This document shows, one piece after another, positions 12,820-26,460 of a DNA stretch of 64,000 bases (position 1 is the first letter of the stretch; each line of letters opens with the position of its first letter). Under the pieces are notes generated by a model. It was not told the DNA's origin and made no database searches. It saw nothing but the letters and a program-made list of their open reading frames with translations. The DNA lies in the NCBI GenBank assembly GCA_951406725.2, contig OX597822.1, positions 67,208,001 through 67,272,000 on the forward strand, given 5' to 3'. The position numbers and the translations under genes were made by a program. Source of the DNA: Octopus vulgaris (taxonomy: Eukaryota).

Positions 12820-13627
12820 CGAGAAAACTGAGAATATGCTTGCCACCCCTTTATGCTTTTTTTCTCTCCCTTTTTGACAGGGATTTTTCTCATTTTATTC
12901 TTCACTCAGGCCTTCCAGGTGATATGGTTATCGTGGGGGATATGTTATAACTTTTTTTCACCTCTGCCCCACGCACTCAAAAACCAGGATTGCTTCTCTT
13001 CTTTTCTTATTAAAAAAAAATTTTAAACACTTTTGATATTTTTCGTCGTACAGAATGAAAGACACGCTAGAATTGCGATATCGTCTTGGTGAATATCGTA
13101 ACAAATTCTTCACAGATACACTAATTTTCTATGAAATTTACGTGACACTTATGAGTTCTGTATATCCATGTTTTTAAGTCTATATAACTTTGCGTATATG
13201 TGAGAAAGAACGCGACAAGATATATAATTATATCAAGTCAGCATCCGGAATTCTCCACACAACAGAACAAACACAACAAAGCCCCAAGAATTTTAAAGAT
13301 CTTCTGTCCGAACTATGTACAGAATTTAAACGTTAAATCTAATTTGGTAGAATAATTTTAGTTACGTAGGTCGGAAAATATTTCAGTAACCTTTAAATAT
13401 TTCTTTTATACTGTAACATCATAAATCTCAGTGTCTCTTATAAATATGTTTTAATGGAATTATGTCTGGAGATTCGGGTAATATTTCTTGTGCGATGAAT
13501 GCATTCTATAAAGCAATCTAGTAGAGATAACGAAATAACTTCAAGAATGTTAATGGAAAACTAGTTTGAAATGTTTAATTTGATTGTACTTTTATTGCAT
13601 GAAATTCTTCCTGATATATAACTATTT

Positions 13628-13915
13628 ATGTGTGTGACAGTGTATAACTATTTATGTGTGTGTGTGTGAGTATGTGTGTGTGTGTGTGTATGTGTGTGTA
13701 CGTGTGTGTGTGTGTGTGTGTGTGTGAGTGTGTGTGTGAGTATGTGTGTGTACGTGTGTGTGTGTGTGTGTGTGTGTGTGAGTATGTGTGTGTATGTGTG
13801 TGTGTGTGTGTGTGTGTGAGTATGTGTGTGTGAGTATGTGTGTGTACGTGTGTGTCTGTATGTGTGTGTGTACGTGTGTGTGTGTATGTGTGTGTACGCG
13901 TGCATGTATGTGTTT
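13628..13915. repeat. Interrupted (TG)n microsatellite
   Basis: Direct reading. Confidence 0.96.
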
Positions 13916-14409
13916 GGATATGGGAGTATACTGGCATAAACTTATATACGGATACACACCTTGTAGATTGGGAGGAAGAATTGATTATCTTCGACAAAGT
14001 TAATTCGATCATTTTGCATTTACAAATTTCCTACTTTACTGCAAATATTCCATGTCAATTGCAGACATTTAATGCTTGCAGTAAAACTGGATTATCGTAG
14101 CCCGACTTTGTTGTATGTGTATTGCTCAAAATATTGTTCATAAAATTAAGTCTTCATATTTATTTATTTATAGTAGAGAGAAAATATTTTCATATTGTAG
14201 AAATTATAAACGATTTGGTTGGTCATTTATTTCTTCTCCAGGTCGCATGAAGGCTAGCAGTGGGTAAGAAACTATGAAAAAGTATGTTATAACCACTTCT
14301 TCATTTTTTCCCCATATTCAGAAAGCTTTTCGGCTTTGATGAATGCCTGTTCCCGGAATTATTTTCGATTAGATTTCAACAAACAGAATGACTAGGAAAT
14401 TAAAGAAAA

Positions 14410-14411
14410 TG

Positions 14412-14456
<45 letters not shown>

Positions 14457-14477
14457 TCAGTCGTGGTTATGGTAGTG

Positions 14478-14542
<65 letters not shown>

Positions 14543-14697
14543 GGTGGTGGTGGTGGTGGTGGTGGTGGTGGTGGTGGTGGTGGTAGTAGTAGTAGCAGCA
14601 ACAGCAACAGCAGCAGTAGCAGTAGTTGTAGTAGTAGTTGTAGTAGTAGTAGAATCAGCACAGCAACAGGAGTAACAGCAGCAACAGCAGCAGCAGC

Positions 14698-14762
<65 letters not shown>

Positions 14763-14772
14763 CAGCAGCAAC

Positions 14773-14833
<61 letters not shown>
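14410..14833. repeat. (GTA)n/(GGT)n/(GCA)n compound microsatellite
   Basis: Direct reading. Confidence 0.96.
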
Positions 14834-14999
14834 ACAATTCGTTGTAATGTTCGTAAGAGGCCCGAAGCTTTGAAGACAAGTCTATGTACCCCAGTGCTCA
14901 ACAGGTTTCTCTGGTTTATTGACGCTGAAAGAACAAATGGTAAGAAAACACCAAAAAAAATATTAGATAACGATTCTGTCAGATCGCCGCCCTATCTAT

Positions 15000-15200
15000 A
15001 ATTTATTCCTAAATATGGAACAAGACCAATAATTTTTAAGGGTATGGAAAGTTGATTTGACCGGTACTTATTTTCTTGACCCTAAAAGGAAGAAAGCCGA
15101 AGTGACCCTCGGTAGTATTTGAACTCAGAACTTAAAGAAGTGGACGAAATGCTGCAAGGCATTTTCCCCGGCGCGGTAACGATTGACAGGTCGCCCCTTT
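15000..15200 (-). mobile_element. Decayed SINE B
   Basis: ggtacttattt...gaccctaaaagg...tttgaactcagaac...cgcccc aligns to the SINE B reverse complement. Confidence 0.75.
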
Positions 15201-15739
15201 TGTATTATTGTTAATAATAATAATATTTTTACTCGATTCGTCTTTACACGCAACACATTTATCCTACAGAAGGACATAAAAATGTTGGTTTCTGTTTCAT
15301 TGAGCTAGCAATCTTAATGTACATGGAAACATGAAAATATCTTCGTATGAGACATGGCAAAAATTCTTCTTTAAAATTCAAATATTTCCATAAAAGAATA
15401 AAAATTGTATTACGAGTGTCAGATTATTTTCAAACTGACAGGATGAACAACGCCAGTTGCATACGATCCAAGTAACATGGAAACGTTTCATAAAAAATTA
15501 CTCGGAATATCACGTAACTTGAAACAAAAAATCATGGAATGATTCGCTCCTTACAAGACAAAAAATATTCCAATACTTCTTCCGCGCCAACAAGTTTTTA
15601 AAAATATGACAATGAACCTAAACTAGAATCAAAAATTTCCAATAGAGTTCTTAAAAAAATATTTCAAACTCTGTTAGACAATGCAAGACGTCCAAATATT
15701 TTTGATTTTCGTCTCAATTATTTACGTAAGCTGTCGTGG

Positions 15740-16380
15740 TTAATTTAACATTCAGGAGATACATGAGTTTGTCAAAAGATTATGCTTCGCTTTTTGACAT
15801 AAACATGATCGGTAACTTATTCTGGCTTTCGGTGCAAATGGAATTAGTCAGTCACATATCTGTAAATCCTCAATACGTTATGGCAGATTCGAAAAGGAAT
15901 ACCGATCGAATCGCAGCTGTCTTCTGTCCTCGGAGAACTTTACAATCTCTTAGATAATGTGTGTTCATAACATGCATGAATCACCGATCTAAGTGGACAT
16001 AAAGACACTGCAGTTGCTTTTTTAATATATTGTGCGTCTTCTAAATCCAAACCACCCGAATGGTTCCGGAAATCTAACAATATTACTGCCGATTGTTCAC
16101 GGAAATCAGCAAATGTTTGGCGACAAATTAACAGCTGTTTGTAAGTCAGAGTATGTGTTCGCGATTAATCCTCTATTTTTTAAAGAAATAATATAATTCA
16201 AATTACACAGCGATATTGCTGCATACAAATAAAATCATAGCATAATAGTCACAAGGTTTTTACGAGATGGCGTTGTTTGGTGGCCAGGAATGGGAAGTAG
16301 TCACTGGTTCATATCATAGGCTCAGTTTACTGGGAGTTGGCAACAGCACATAAACATAACTCTGATTAGATGATTAAATC
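15740..16380 (+). mobile_element. Possible gypsy integrase C-terminal remnant
   Basis: Colinear degenerate motifs ANGISQSH, MFGDKLTAV (cf. LMFGR.IRT), VCVRD, WQQHIN (cf. WKRH.NQL). Confidence 0.35.
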
Positions 16381-16603
16381 GAACCTGCAACTTACATCAA
16401 TGTCTGTATCTGACTCGCATCAAACATGAGATTTACTGCAAATTCGATATTTGTGCCTTGCAACACCATATAAATCTAACCAAATTTTCGATATTTCTAA
16501 AACAGGCACTATGACTTGGGAAATAGAATACACCATTAACGTTATTCTTTCTACCGATTACAGTAAAAAGCCAAAAACACTATTTAATAATATGCTTGAG
16601 AAA

Positions 16604-17862
16604 AGCAGCGTGCTGGCAGAAACGTTAGCACGCCGGGTGAAATGCGTAGCAATATTTCGCCTACCGTTACGTACTGAGTTCAAATTCCGCCGAGGTCGAC
16701 TTTGCCTTTCCTCCATTCGGCGCCGATAAATTAAGTACCAGTTACGCACTGGGGTCGATGTAATCGTCTTAATCCGTTTGTCTGTCCTTGCTTGTCTCCT
16801 CTGTATTTAGCGCCTTGTGGGTAGTAAAGAAATAGAAATAGGTATTTCGTCTGGCATTACGTTCTGAATTCAAATTCCTCCGAGGTCGATTTTGCCTTTC
16901 ATTCTATCGGGGTCGATAAATTAAGTACCTGTTACGCACTGGAGTCGATATAATCGACTTAATCCGTTGTATCTGTCCTTGTTTGTCCTCTTTGTGTTTA
17001 GTCCCTTGTGGGTAGTAAAGAAATAGGTATTTCGTCAGTCTTTACGTTCTGAATTCCGCGCATGTCGATTTTGCCTTTCATCCTTTCGGAGTCGTTAAGT
17101 TAAGTACCTACTAGTTAAGTACCTACTAGCTGCCTACTAGAGTCGATCTAATCGACCCCCCCCCCCATCCTCCCCCAAAACTTCAGGCCTTGTGGCTAGA
17201 GCAGAAAAGACTATTAAGCTTGAGAAAAAGCGGCAAACTGGTAGAACCGTTAAGACACCGGGCAAAATGCTAAACCCATTTCGTTCGTCTTTACGCATTT
17301 AGTTCAATTTCCCACGAAGTCAGCTTTACTCTTCACCCTTTCGGGATCGATAAAATAGATACCAATAGATTGCTGGGCACAGGGGGTGGGGAGATGTATA
17401 GATGTAATTGACTTACCGCCAACAAAATTGCTAGCCTTGTGCCAAAATGTGAAAAACCAATATTACGGTTGAGATATAAGGGGGTGAGCTGATTTCGCCC
17501 GACTTTGCATTCTCAGTTGAAGTACCATTTGAGCAGTAGGGCGAGGGGCGGAGCTGGTGTAATCGCTTCGCACCCTTCCCCAAAATTGCTAAGTTTGTGC
17601 TAAAGTTTGAAACCGTTATTAATTGCTTGAGAAAATAGCGGTGCGATCTGGTAGAATCGTTAGCACGCTAGACAAAATGCTTAGCAACATTCCGTCCGCC
17701 TTTACATTCTGATTGTAAATTCTGCCGCGCTCCACTTACTCTTTCATCATTTCGGGATCGACAGCATAAGTACTAGTTGAGCACTGAGTCGATTTAATCG
17801 ACTTTCCTCACTCACTGGAGTTGCTAGCCTTGTGCCAGAATTCGCAATCAATTTGAAATCAA
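16604..17862 (+). mobile_element. Head-to-tail array of SINE B copies of differing divergence
   Basis: Four heads (~16605, 17230, 17479, 17637); the first copy has three body modules. Confidence 0.88.
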
Positions 17863-18450
17863 TATTAAGCTTAAGACAAAATGTGATTTTTCCCAATTGA
17901 CTTGATTTTTAATATACTATCTTCAGATGATTCTTGACTAGAGTTCTGTTTGAAAACAAATAATCTGCAGCCAATCTACTGAAATGTTTGCTTCCACGTG
18001 TTTCATTAATTGAACTTCACTTAGTAGAAGAATGATGCAATATATTCGTACATGCACAAAACCTACACACATATATGCGTACATATATGTATATATACAT
18101 ACATACATACATACATACAAGCACACATTCATACGCACACACAACACACATACATACATACATACATACATACATACATACATACATACATACATACATA
18201 CATACATGCATACATACATACATACATACATACATACATAGGTACTGAGAAAGTGATCTTCTTTGATATATATATATTCCTCTAGAACGGAAACGAAATT
18301 TCTAAATTAAGCAAAGTAGCATAAAACTCGAAATTATCGTTTAAGTAAAAGAAAAAAGCAACAGAGCTTATGATGCTTATTAATAAGAAGTAGTTCATTT
18401 TTTTTAGAAATGCATGCAAATGTATTCCCCATACACATATTGGCATACCT

Positions 18451-18529
<79 letters not shown>

Positions 18530-19048
18530 TATGCCTATATATATATATATACTTTTGTGTATGTGTCAGCGGTTTTCAAATTTTTTTTTCTAATATATCG
18601 AAAATATGGTCCATGTTTTCATTATTGAATAGTTCAATAGCAGTATTTTTAAACCTGATAATAGAAGAAAGTAAAAAGGAAATAAACGAAAGAGAAAGAG
18701 GAACGGTGAATGAACAGAATAATAAATGGAAAAAAAAACCCAACATAGTTAATGAAAACAAAAATGAAAAGCTCGAAAGAACAGATTGGATAATAAAAGG
18801 AGAAAGCAACTGAAAATTGAAACATGAAATACTTTGTATTTGAAGAGGCTAAATGAAAACTGGAGCGAAGTACGTAACAAACATATAAAATAATAGCAAC
18901 GAAAAATTTTCCAATCAATACCGTAATAACTAAAACATACCAGAAATCTAGCAGAAATATTGAACACAAATATACACAATCACCGGCATATATACACATA
19001 TACGCGCACACAAACACATACACACATATACACACATGTATGTTTTTG

Positions 19049-19085
<37 letters not shown>

Positions 19086-19419
19086 CTATACGGAGACATA
19101 TACAGAGGTAAACAAAATGGTGGTGAAATGCATAAAACTGATTGTAAGCGCTTTTGGGTTGTTTTTTTTTCCTCCTTCTATATTTGCTGACTCAGCAAAT
19201 CATCAACAGCACTTTGGATTCTATACGTGTGCGTGCGTTCGTGTGTGTATGCATATGTATGAGTGTGTCTGCATCTATTTTTCCTTCTGTATTCTATGCG
19301 TCTTTTTTTTTTTTTCAATCTTTATATTTATTATATTTGTGTAAAAACCCGATATTTTTTGTTCTGTTAGAAAGGAAAATATTACATTTTACTATTGAAT
19401 TTCATTGTTTTATTCCCAC

Positions 19420-19420
19420 G

Positions 19421-19476
<56 letters not shown>

Positions 19477-19580
19477 CACTATTATTATTATTATCATCAT
19501 CATCATCATCATCATCATCATTATTATTATTATCGTCATCTTTGTCTTCATAATCATCATCATCACCATCATCATCATCT
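19420..19580. repeat. (ATT)n/(CAT)n microsatellite
   Basis: Direct reading. Confidence 0.96.
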
Positions 19581-19989
19581 TCATTTCATTGACTGCTATT
19601 ATCTTAATTCCTATTATTCTTATTAATAGAATAATAATTACTATTATCGTTATTCTTATTATTTCAGGGTCTTTTTGTGTTAATATTATTGTTTATATTA
19701 CCTTTACTGCGGCAATTGTTTACTATCCAGTGATGTTGTTTACGTTGTTATTGCTGTGATACGTAGTTATTGCTGTGATACGTATGTTGTTGTTCCTTTG
19801 CTGCTACTGTTGTTATTGTTCTTATTCTGCTTCTTCTTGTAGTTCTTGTTATTGTTATTGTTATTGTTCTTGTTAATGTTATTGTATGTGACTAACAATA
19901 ACTAGTCACATCGATGCATCAAAGTTACTCAATCATCTTAACAGGTTTCAGTTCCTTGTTTTCATTTTTTATATTTGTTCCATTATATG

Positions 19990-21540
19990 TTTTTCGCAAC
20001 TTCTGCAAGCTTTTAGTTTTCCAGACGGACTATTCTGTTCTTTGAACACCCCACCATTAGTTATCGATTGCGAAGAAAAAGTGTTTTGTCTCAATAAAAT
20101 CGTAATTCCTGGCATATTTATTGGAGACTTTTTTGCGGAGTCAATAGAATATTGAGAAAACTACTTCTATGTTTAAAAGATATATATGTGGCATTTCATT
20201 ATTGTTTTGAAACAGCTCTTTTTTTTTCATAGCCCTCTGTTCTAGCGAATAAAGCTATTGAACTGGTCGTTATTGTTGATGATATTAAGGTCACTTACAT
20301 ACAAATACCATCAGATCATATCTATATATCATGTCTCTTTACCATGCGACTAAAGAGAACAATGATGCTTTATTTCAGAATATATTTCATACCCGTAAAC
20401 ATAGGTTTACTTTGTAAGTAGTTTGATTTAAACTTAAACACGTCGATGAAATGTGTGAATGGCAACAGAAAGATCACAGTATCGACCTTTATTAAAATTA
20501 CCGTCAAGTTCTATATAGTCTGTGTCAGTGTCTTGCATGACGTTGTAAACAACTGCCTGGTTTTTGTGCATAAATAGTTGTTTTGGATATAGATTTTGCT
20601 ATAAAGAAACAGAATCAATAGCTTGTCTCTTATGTCCAAAACACCTTCAAGCACACACTGGTGATACAATATTTTATGACACGTTTTACTGCCCCATTTT
20701 ATTTTACGAGGTTGAAATATCTTGCCAACTTTCAGCCCTTCTGATGCATATCAGAAGAGATTTATACACACCACTAGAATCCTAAAACAACTACTGTTAC
20801 AGCTGCTCTCATCGTATTCTATGGTGTGTAATTAAACTTAAGTCAATGTCAAAATAAAGTGTGTAAAAAATTAGATACCCTGCTGTTGATGCACTTCCTT
20901 ATTTGATCCTGTTATATTTATTTACATTATAGTAACAGCATGTAACCAATTAGGGAGTACATTCAATACCCGTCAACATAGTTATATTAATGTAGAAGCA
21001 TTATTAAACAGAAAATAACATTAACACTCATAATTCGGTGTTTTATACTGTCTTTCCACATGAAAGCTGCTAAAATAAACCAAAGAATAACTACGGCCAC
21101 TAAATCGTTCCAACATATATTCGTCAATGCTATTGAAAAATGTTGATCTCGCATCAGTAGTTATAACATTAAACGAAGCGGTATTTTTGTCATTTGAATA
21201 TACAGCTTATACTTTCTATTATGTCTTTTACGATTCAATTGCTAATTGGTCACACCAAAGTGGCGTTAATATTCTTCCCTCATATTGCGTTTCAGCATAA
21301 TCTAGTTTTAATCGAGGATATCTTGTGTTGAAGACTGCAAGTTTGAAATTGGCTCTGGTATGTATTTTGGTATTGCAATGGAGAAATGCTAGTAATAGTT
21401 TTGAAATTAACCTCAAACGGCGGTGATATTTTCATGCTCGTAACAGTAATTGTGGCAGAAGTTTTTATGACAGTGATAGGCGTTTGTATATGCATGGAAA
21501 TCTTTGAGAGACGATGGCTGAATATGCATACGCATAGTGC
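19990..21540 (-). mobile_element. Ancient Helitron RepHel (Rep domain) fossil
   Basis: Ordered degenerate motifs on minus strand: QPSSL (LPSSF), LLLAFLHCNTK (LFITFTCNPKW), DII..ISCIF (D..ARVF), VDGY* (VDGKC), IDLSLITP*N (IDNRWVVPYN), INLF*YASEG (KYLFKY..KG), VSPVCA*RCFG (YVS..EA.WRIFG), LNILLT (YLRLLL), KAC. Confidence 0.55.
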
Positions 21541-23569
21541 ATAAAATATAAAAGCATTTCATTTAAACATTGAATATTGTAAAGATGGCATCTGCATGAA
21601 TAACAAATACCAGATACTCGCTACATGTTTAATTCATAAGACATACCAAATTATATATACACAAATACGAGGTGAAATCCAAATCCGTTATTGGTTTATG
21701 CGAACAGGAAACTTCATATTTTAAAAGTAAAAAAAAACAAACCTCTATCCTTTTATATTAACAAGTCAGCAATCTTGTACTTTATTTAGTTATTCATATT
21801 TGCCTAATTTCAGGAAAAAAAGCGTAGGCTATGCTTGGCTGATGAAGACAAAATATAACTAAAATGTGTCTTAAAGTTACGTCCCTTGCTCGTCGAAAAC
21901 TGATAATACTATCAATAAATGATTACTAACATTTAACTTCTTACCATGTTTTATTTCTAGTTAGTCATTTTGATGTTTTACGCCCTAGATACATTAACTC
22001 ATTTCCCCCTTTCTGTTTCCTTTCAATTTACTTGCTCTGCATTTTTGCCTCGGCCCCCAACCTCTCTCACGATCCTTCTATATGTCTCCCTTCGATGTAC
22101 TTGATCCAACTCTTATTAAAAGCATTTTACAATCCAATCATAATACTAACATAACTATGTATGAATGCATACACACACATATATGTATGTATGTATGTAT
22201 ATATATATATATATATATATACACATTTTTGTATGCATACATACACGCATATATGCATACGTGTTTGCACATATGTTTAAAAGTGTTATTCTTTGCCTAT
22301 TGTTCAGATATTCTACTATTTCTTTAACCCACTCCAGTATGTTTTACACTCCATCTGACTTTTAATTACCTCTTCGTGTTTCTCCCTCTCCCTTACACGT
22401 ACAGATCTTAATATATTTTTCTTCGCTCTCCCATGCTTTATCAAAATATTTTCCTCATTCAATTTCGGATTATCTATTATCCTCCATTTTATGGTTTCAG
22501 ATTGTAAAATGTCCTTTTAAGAGGAGAGGACATTTTAAAGTAGCATTGATCTCATATGAATGTAACTGGTATTCTTCTCAAATTCTCAGATACAAAATTT
22601 CCACTCTCTTCTTATGTAACCTTTCCCCTCAAAATATGACTCTGACAACATAATTGCTGTCCTACACTCCATTTCTTTGACGCTGTCATTGAATTCTCTT
22701 CACTCTCCTACACTCTGATTTCTCTCTGTTTTTCTAACTAGATATCTCATTGACCCTGCCAGTACTCCACACTCCTACTTCATTTCAAAACTGTCTCCGT
22801 CCCAACAAGCACAGATATAATCACAATATAAAAACATCCGTTTTCTTTTCTTCTCTACGTTGATTATTTTCATAATATTTTACACATTTTATTGTTTATC
22901 ATTTTGTTTATTTTTGAGTCATTCCGTGTTTTTCTTTTATAATTTTAATACGTTTTTTTTTTGTCCTCACACTATCTTGAGTCTGATTTCAATTTCAGGA
23001 TTCAACAGAAAATATGAATAAATTTATTCATCATGGCTGTAACCGACAAAACAATGACATGACGTCATAGTTGACAAGCCTGTCCCATTCTGTTTTCTTT
23101 TTTGTTTTGCTATATTTTTTTAAATATTTTCTTCCTCGTGTCCGATAATTTTACCAATTAAAGTTAAATCGATGGGAAAATTCGTTGTTATATCAGCTGG
23201 ATGTCGGCAATAAACATGTCAGTGACGGAAAATTGAAAAACGTTGGTTACTTAAAAACTTAAATAAATAACAAAATAAGTTAATCTGACGTGAAAATCCG
23301 TTAATTGATATCTTAATTAAATCATCTAAACTATCCTACAGATAATTTCGAGGATGCTAACAGAATTTTATGTAAGAAGAAATTTTTTAAAATTAGTAAA
23401 AAAAAAATAGAAATTAAAAATAGTAATATAATATCATACTAACAATAAAAAAAAATAACTACAGCAGCAGCAACCACAACAGCAGCAACCACAACAACAG
23501 CAGCAACAACAACACAGTTAACAACCACAACTGCAACTACAACGACAAAAACGCCAGATAATAATAATT

Positions 23570-24012
23570 CTTTCTATAGGCAGAAGGCCTGAAAGTTTTG
23601 GGAAAGGGCATTGGTTTGTAACATCGAACCCGAGTACACAACTGGTACATATTTTTAAAGCCTGCTACATATTCTGTGGATCTCTTTTGCCGAACTGTTC
23701 ATTTACGGAGATGCAAAGACACCGGTGGCCAACTGGTGGCAGGAGGGGAAAACACAGACAGAAACACACACAAACACACACACTCGCACACACAGACACA
23801 CCCACACACATACAAACACGCACACACATCACACACACATATATAAGCATACGATGGGCTTCTTTCAGTTTTCGTATACCGAATCTACTCAAGACTTTAG
23901 TTGGCCCGAGGATCTAGAAGAAAACAGTAGCCCAAAGTTCTATGCAGTGGGACTGAACACTGAATCAAAGTGGTTACGAAGTAAGTTTGTTACCATTCAC
24001 CCATGCCTGAGG
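23570..24012 (-). mobile_element. SINE B tail fragment plus decayed SINE A
   Basis: tctcttttgccgaac...gggcttctttcagttt...gcagtgggactgaac. Confidence 0.8.
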
Positions 24013-24438
24013 TATAGAATATTTATAGGCTGCACATATAGTGTAAAAGAAATTATTGCGTATGTATTTACTGAATGTAATATGGTTGCGAAAAAATTAG
24101 GGATATGACAAATTTGCTGCAGTAGTACATGATGTGGATCTATAAAAATAATTTAAATATGAGCATGGCATGCCCTACGTTATTGGTATTAGAATAGAGT
24201 AGAGCTCATCCTGGAAAACGATGTTTTTCGGGGTCGATAAAATAAGTGCCACCTACGCACTAAGAAAGTCCATAGTTCGTTAAATTGTTATTTTGTTCAC
24301 TAAAACCTGAAAGGTTTCTAACAATAAGAGACCAACAAACGGGAATTTGAATTATTTGGCCAAGGTAGGACTGCGATCTCTCTCTCTCTCTCTCTATCTC
24401 TATCTCTCTCTCTCTCAAGCACACACACACACACACAC

Positions 24439-24504
<66 letters not shown>

Positions 24505-24505
<1 letters not shown>

Positions 24506-24750
24506 TTCCTTCTCGAGCTCTGCCAGGCTCATAAGGGCTGGTTTCCCGGTTTCAGTGGCGTAGAAATTCCCCACCTGGACGGGACGCCGGTCCGTCGCAT
24601 GATTACTCATTTTTGTCAGCTGAGTGGACTGGAGCAACGTGAAATGAAGTGTTTTACTCAAGAACACAACGCATCCCCCGATCCAGGAATCGAAACCACA
24701 ACATTACGATCATGAGTTCAACACCCTAACCACTAAGCCACGCGCCTCCA
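24505..24750 (-). mobile_element. SINE type D head plus V-domain-like tail V1
   Basis: Minus: ggaggcgcgtggcttagtggttaggg...ggtttcgattcc (A/B boxes), CORE-like tgtgttcttgagtaaaacactt, gcgacggaccggcgtcccgtccagg; partial second head at 24790-24880. Confidence 0.88.
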
Positions 24751-24765
24751 CACACACACACACAT

Positions 24766-24796
<31 letters not shown>

Positions 24797-24957
24797 CATA
24801 TATTTATATCTCCAGGAATCGAGATCACGCCTTTACGATCATGACTACAACACCCGACACCACTACGCCACGTCCCTCCACTCGTTTTATTGTTCATATT
24901 TCAGTATATATATTCGGTTATGCAGACATATATAGACGATAATTTAACTTCTGTTCA

Positions 24958-25222
24958 GTTCTACTCTAGGTACAAGGCCCGAAATGTTTGGTGTAGGGAG
25001 CCAGTTGATTAGATCTACCCCAGTACGTGACTGGCACTTAATTTATTGAACCCCGAAAGGATGAAAGGAAAAGTCGACCTCGGCGGAATTTGAACTCTGA
25101 AGTCGACTTTGCTTTTCATCCTTTCGGAGTTGATAAATTAAGTACCAGTTGCGTACTGGTGTCGATCTAATGGACTGGTTCCTCCCCCAAATTTTCGGTC
25201 TTTGGGCCTATAGTAGAAAAGA
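24958..25222. mobile_element. Inverted (head-to-head) pair of SINE B 3' halves
   Basis: Minus copy 24958-25098 abuts plus copy 25101-25222. Confidence 0.85.
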
Positions 25223-25289
25223 ATGAGTAAGTTTAATAAAAAAAGAAAGAAAAAGATGCTAGCAATCTACTTTGCAAGAAGAATACATT

Positions 25290-25642
25290 CTTTGACTTGT
25301 TTTAGCTATTTGACTGCGACCATGCTGGAGCACAGCCTCTAGTGGGCGACTTCTACCCCAGAACTTATTCTTTGCAAACCTAGTATTTATTCTAACGGCT
25401 TCTTCTGTCGAACCGCTAGGTTACGGGGACGTAAAAATACCAACATTGGTTGTCAAGAAATGGTGGGGCAACAAACACAGAGACACACAAATATATACAT
25501 ACATAGATACATATATATATATATGTATATATATAGAGAGAGAGAGAGTGAGAGAGAGTGAGAGAGAGAGAGAGTGAGAGAGAGAGAGAGTGAGAGAGAG
25601 AGAGAGTGAGAGAGAGAGAGAGTGAGAGAGAGAGAGAGAGAG

Positions 25643-25694
<52 letters not shown>

Positions 25695-25945
25695 TCTAGC
25701 AAAAACTGTCTGATGAACGGCAACGAGAAACTCAGAGTAACAGATTTTGTTGAATTTTCTGCTGCTTAAAATAAAGTATATATATATATATATATATATA
25801 TATAACGGGCTTCTTTCAAATTCCATCTTCCAAATCGAGTCACAAGTATTTTGTCGGCCGGTAGCTACAGTAGATGACATCTTCCCGCCCGAAAACATAT
25901 GGTTAGGAAGCCAGCTCCTTACCACGCAGCCACGCCTGCGCCTAT
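25290..25945 (-). mobile_element. SINE A with expanded central microsatellite carrying an HHR insert
   Basis: Tail at 25290, head ccacgcctgcgccta ending ~25944; (GA)n/(CA)n/(TA)n centre. Confidence 0.88.
25706..25743 (+). ncRNA. Minimal type-I hammerhead ribozyme motif, near intact
   Basis: ctgt-CTGATGA-a-cg-gcaa-cg-a-GAAA-ctc-a-gag-TA-acag: stem I ctgt/acag, both core boxes intact, stem III ACTC/GAGT, GUA cleavage triplet. Confidence 0.75.
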
Positions 25946-26037
25946 ACATACAACACACACACACGTGGAAGATTGTAATATATGAATCTCAAAAATGAGC
26001 GCCTGTATGTTCAATCTACACACAACTGTTTTGGGAG

Positions 26038-26255
26038 GTGCGGGGTGCTGAAAAGTTCTTCGCTTTGGGTAAAATAAAATACAGGAAGATCAATTAATTG
26101 TGATTTCATTCAAAGTAGTTTCCTGTTAGATTCAGACCCTTATTGCAGATGTCCTTCAGCTTTTCTGAGACATGGAAAAGAACTCGAAAACTTGAGCCTG
26201 CATTCGGACATTTTGTGATACCCTTAAAGGTAGGAACTTTTCAACACGCCTTCGT
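26038..26255. mobile_element. Mariner-type MITE (~215 bp), copy 1
   Basis: TIRs ggggtgctgaaaagttct / aggaacttttcaacacgcc; homologous to copy 2. Confidence 0.75.
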
Positions 26256-26321
26256 GTATGTACGCACGCATGCATGTATGTGTATCTATCTAACTATCTA
26301 GCTATCTATCTATATATCTAT

Positions 26322-26394
<73 letters not shown>

Positions 26395-26396
26395 CG

Positions 26397-26458
<62 letters not shown>

Positions 26459-26460
26459 TT

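Noticed and set aside
15330-15700. Possible second PLE GIY-YIG remnant (KIME*FAPYK)
   Set aside because: Too degenerate; the CxxC motif is absent.
16604-17862. CRISPR-like repeat/spacer appearance of SINE arrays
   Set aside because: Eukaryotic context, homologous rather than unique spacers, no cas genes.
22505-22537. 11-bp inverted repeat taaaatgtcct/aggacatttta
   Set aside because: Short and isolated, with no TSD or second copy.
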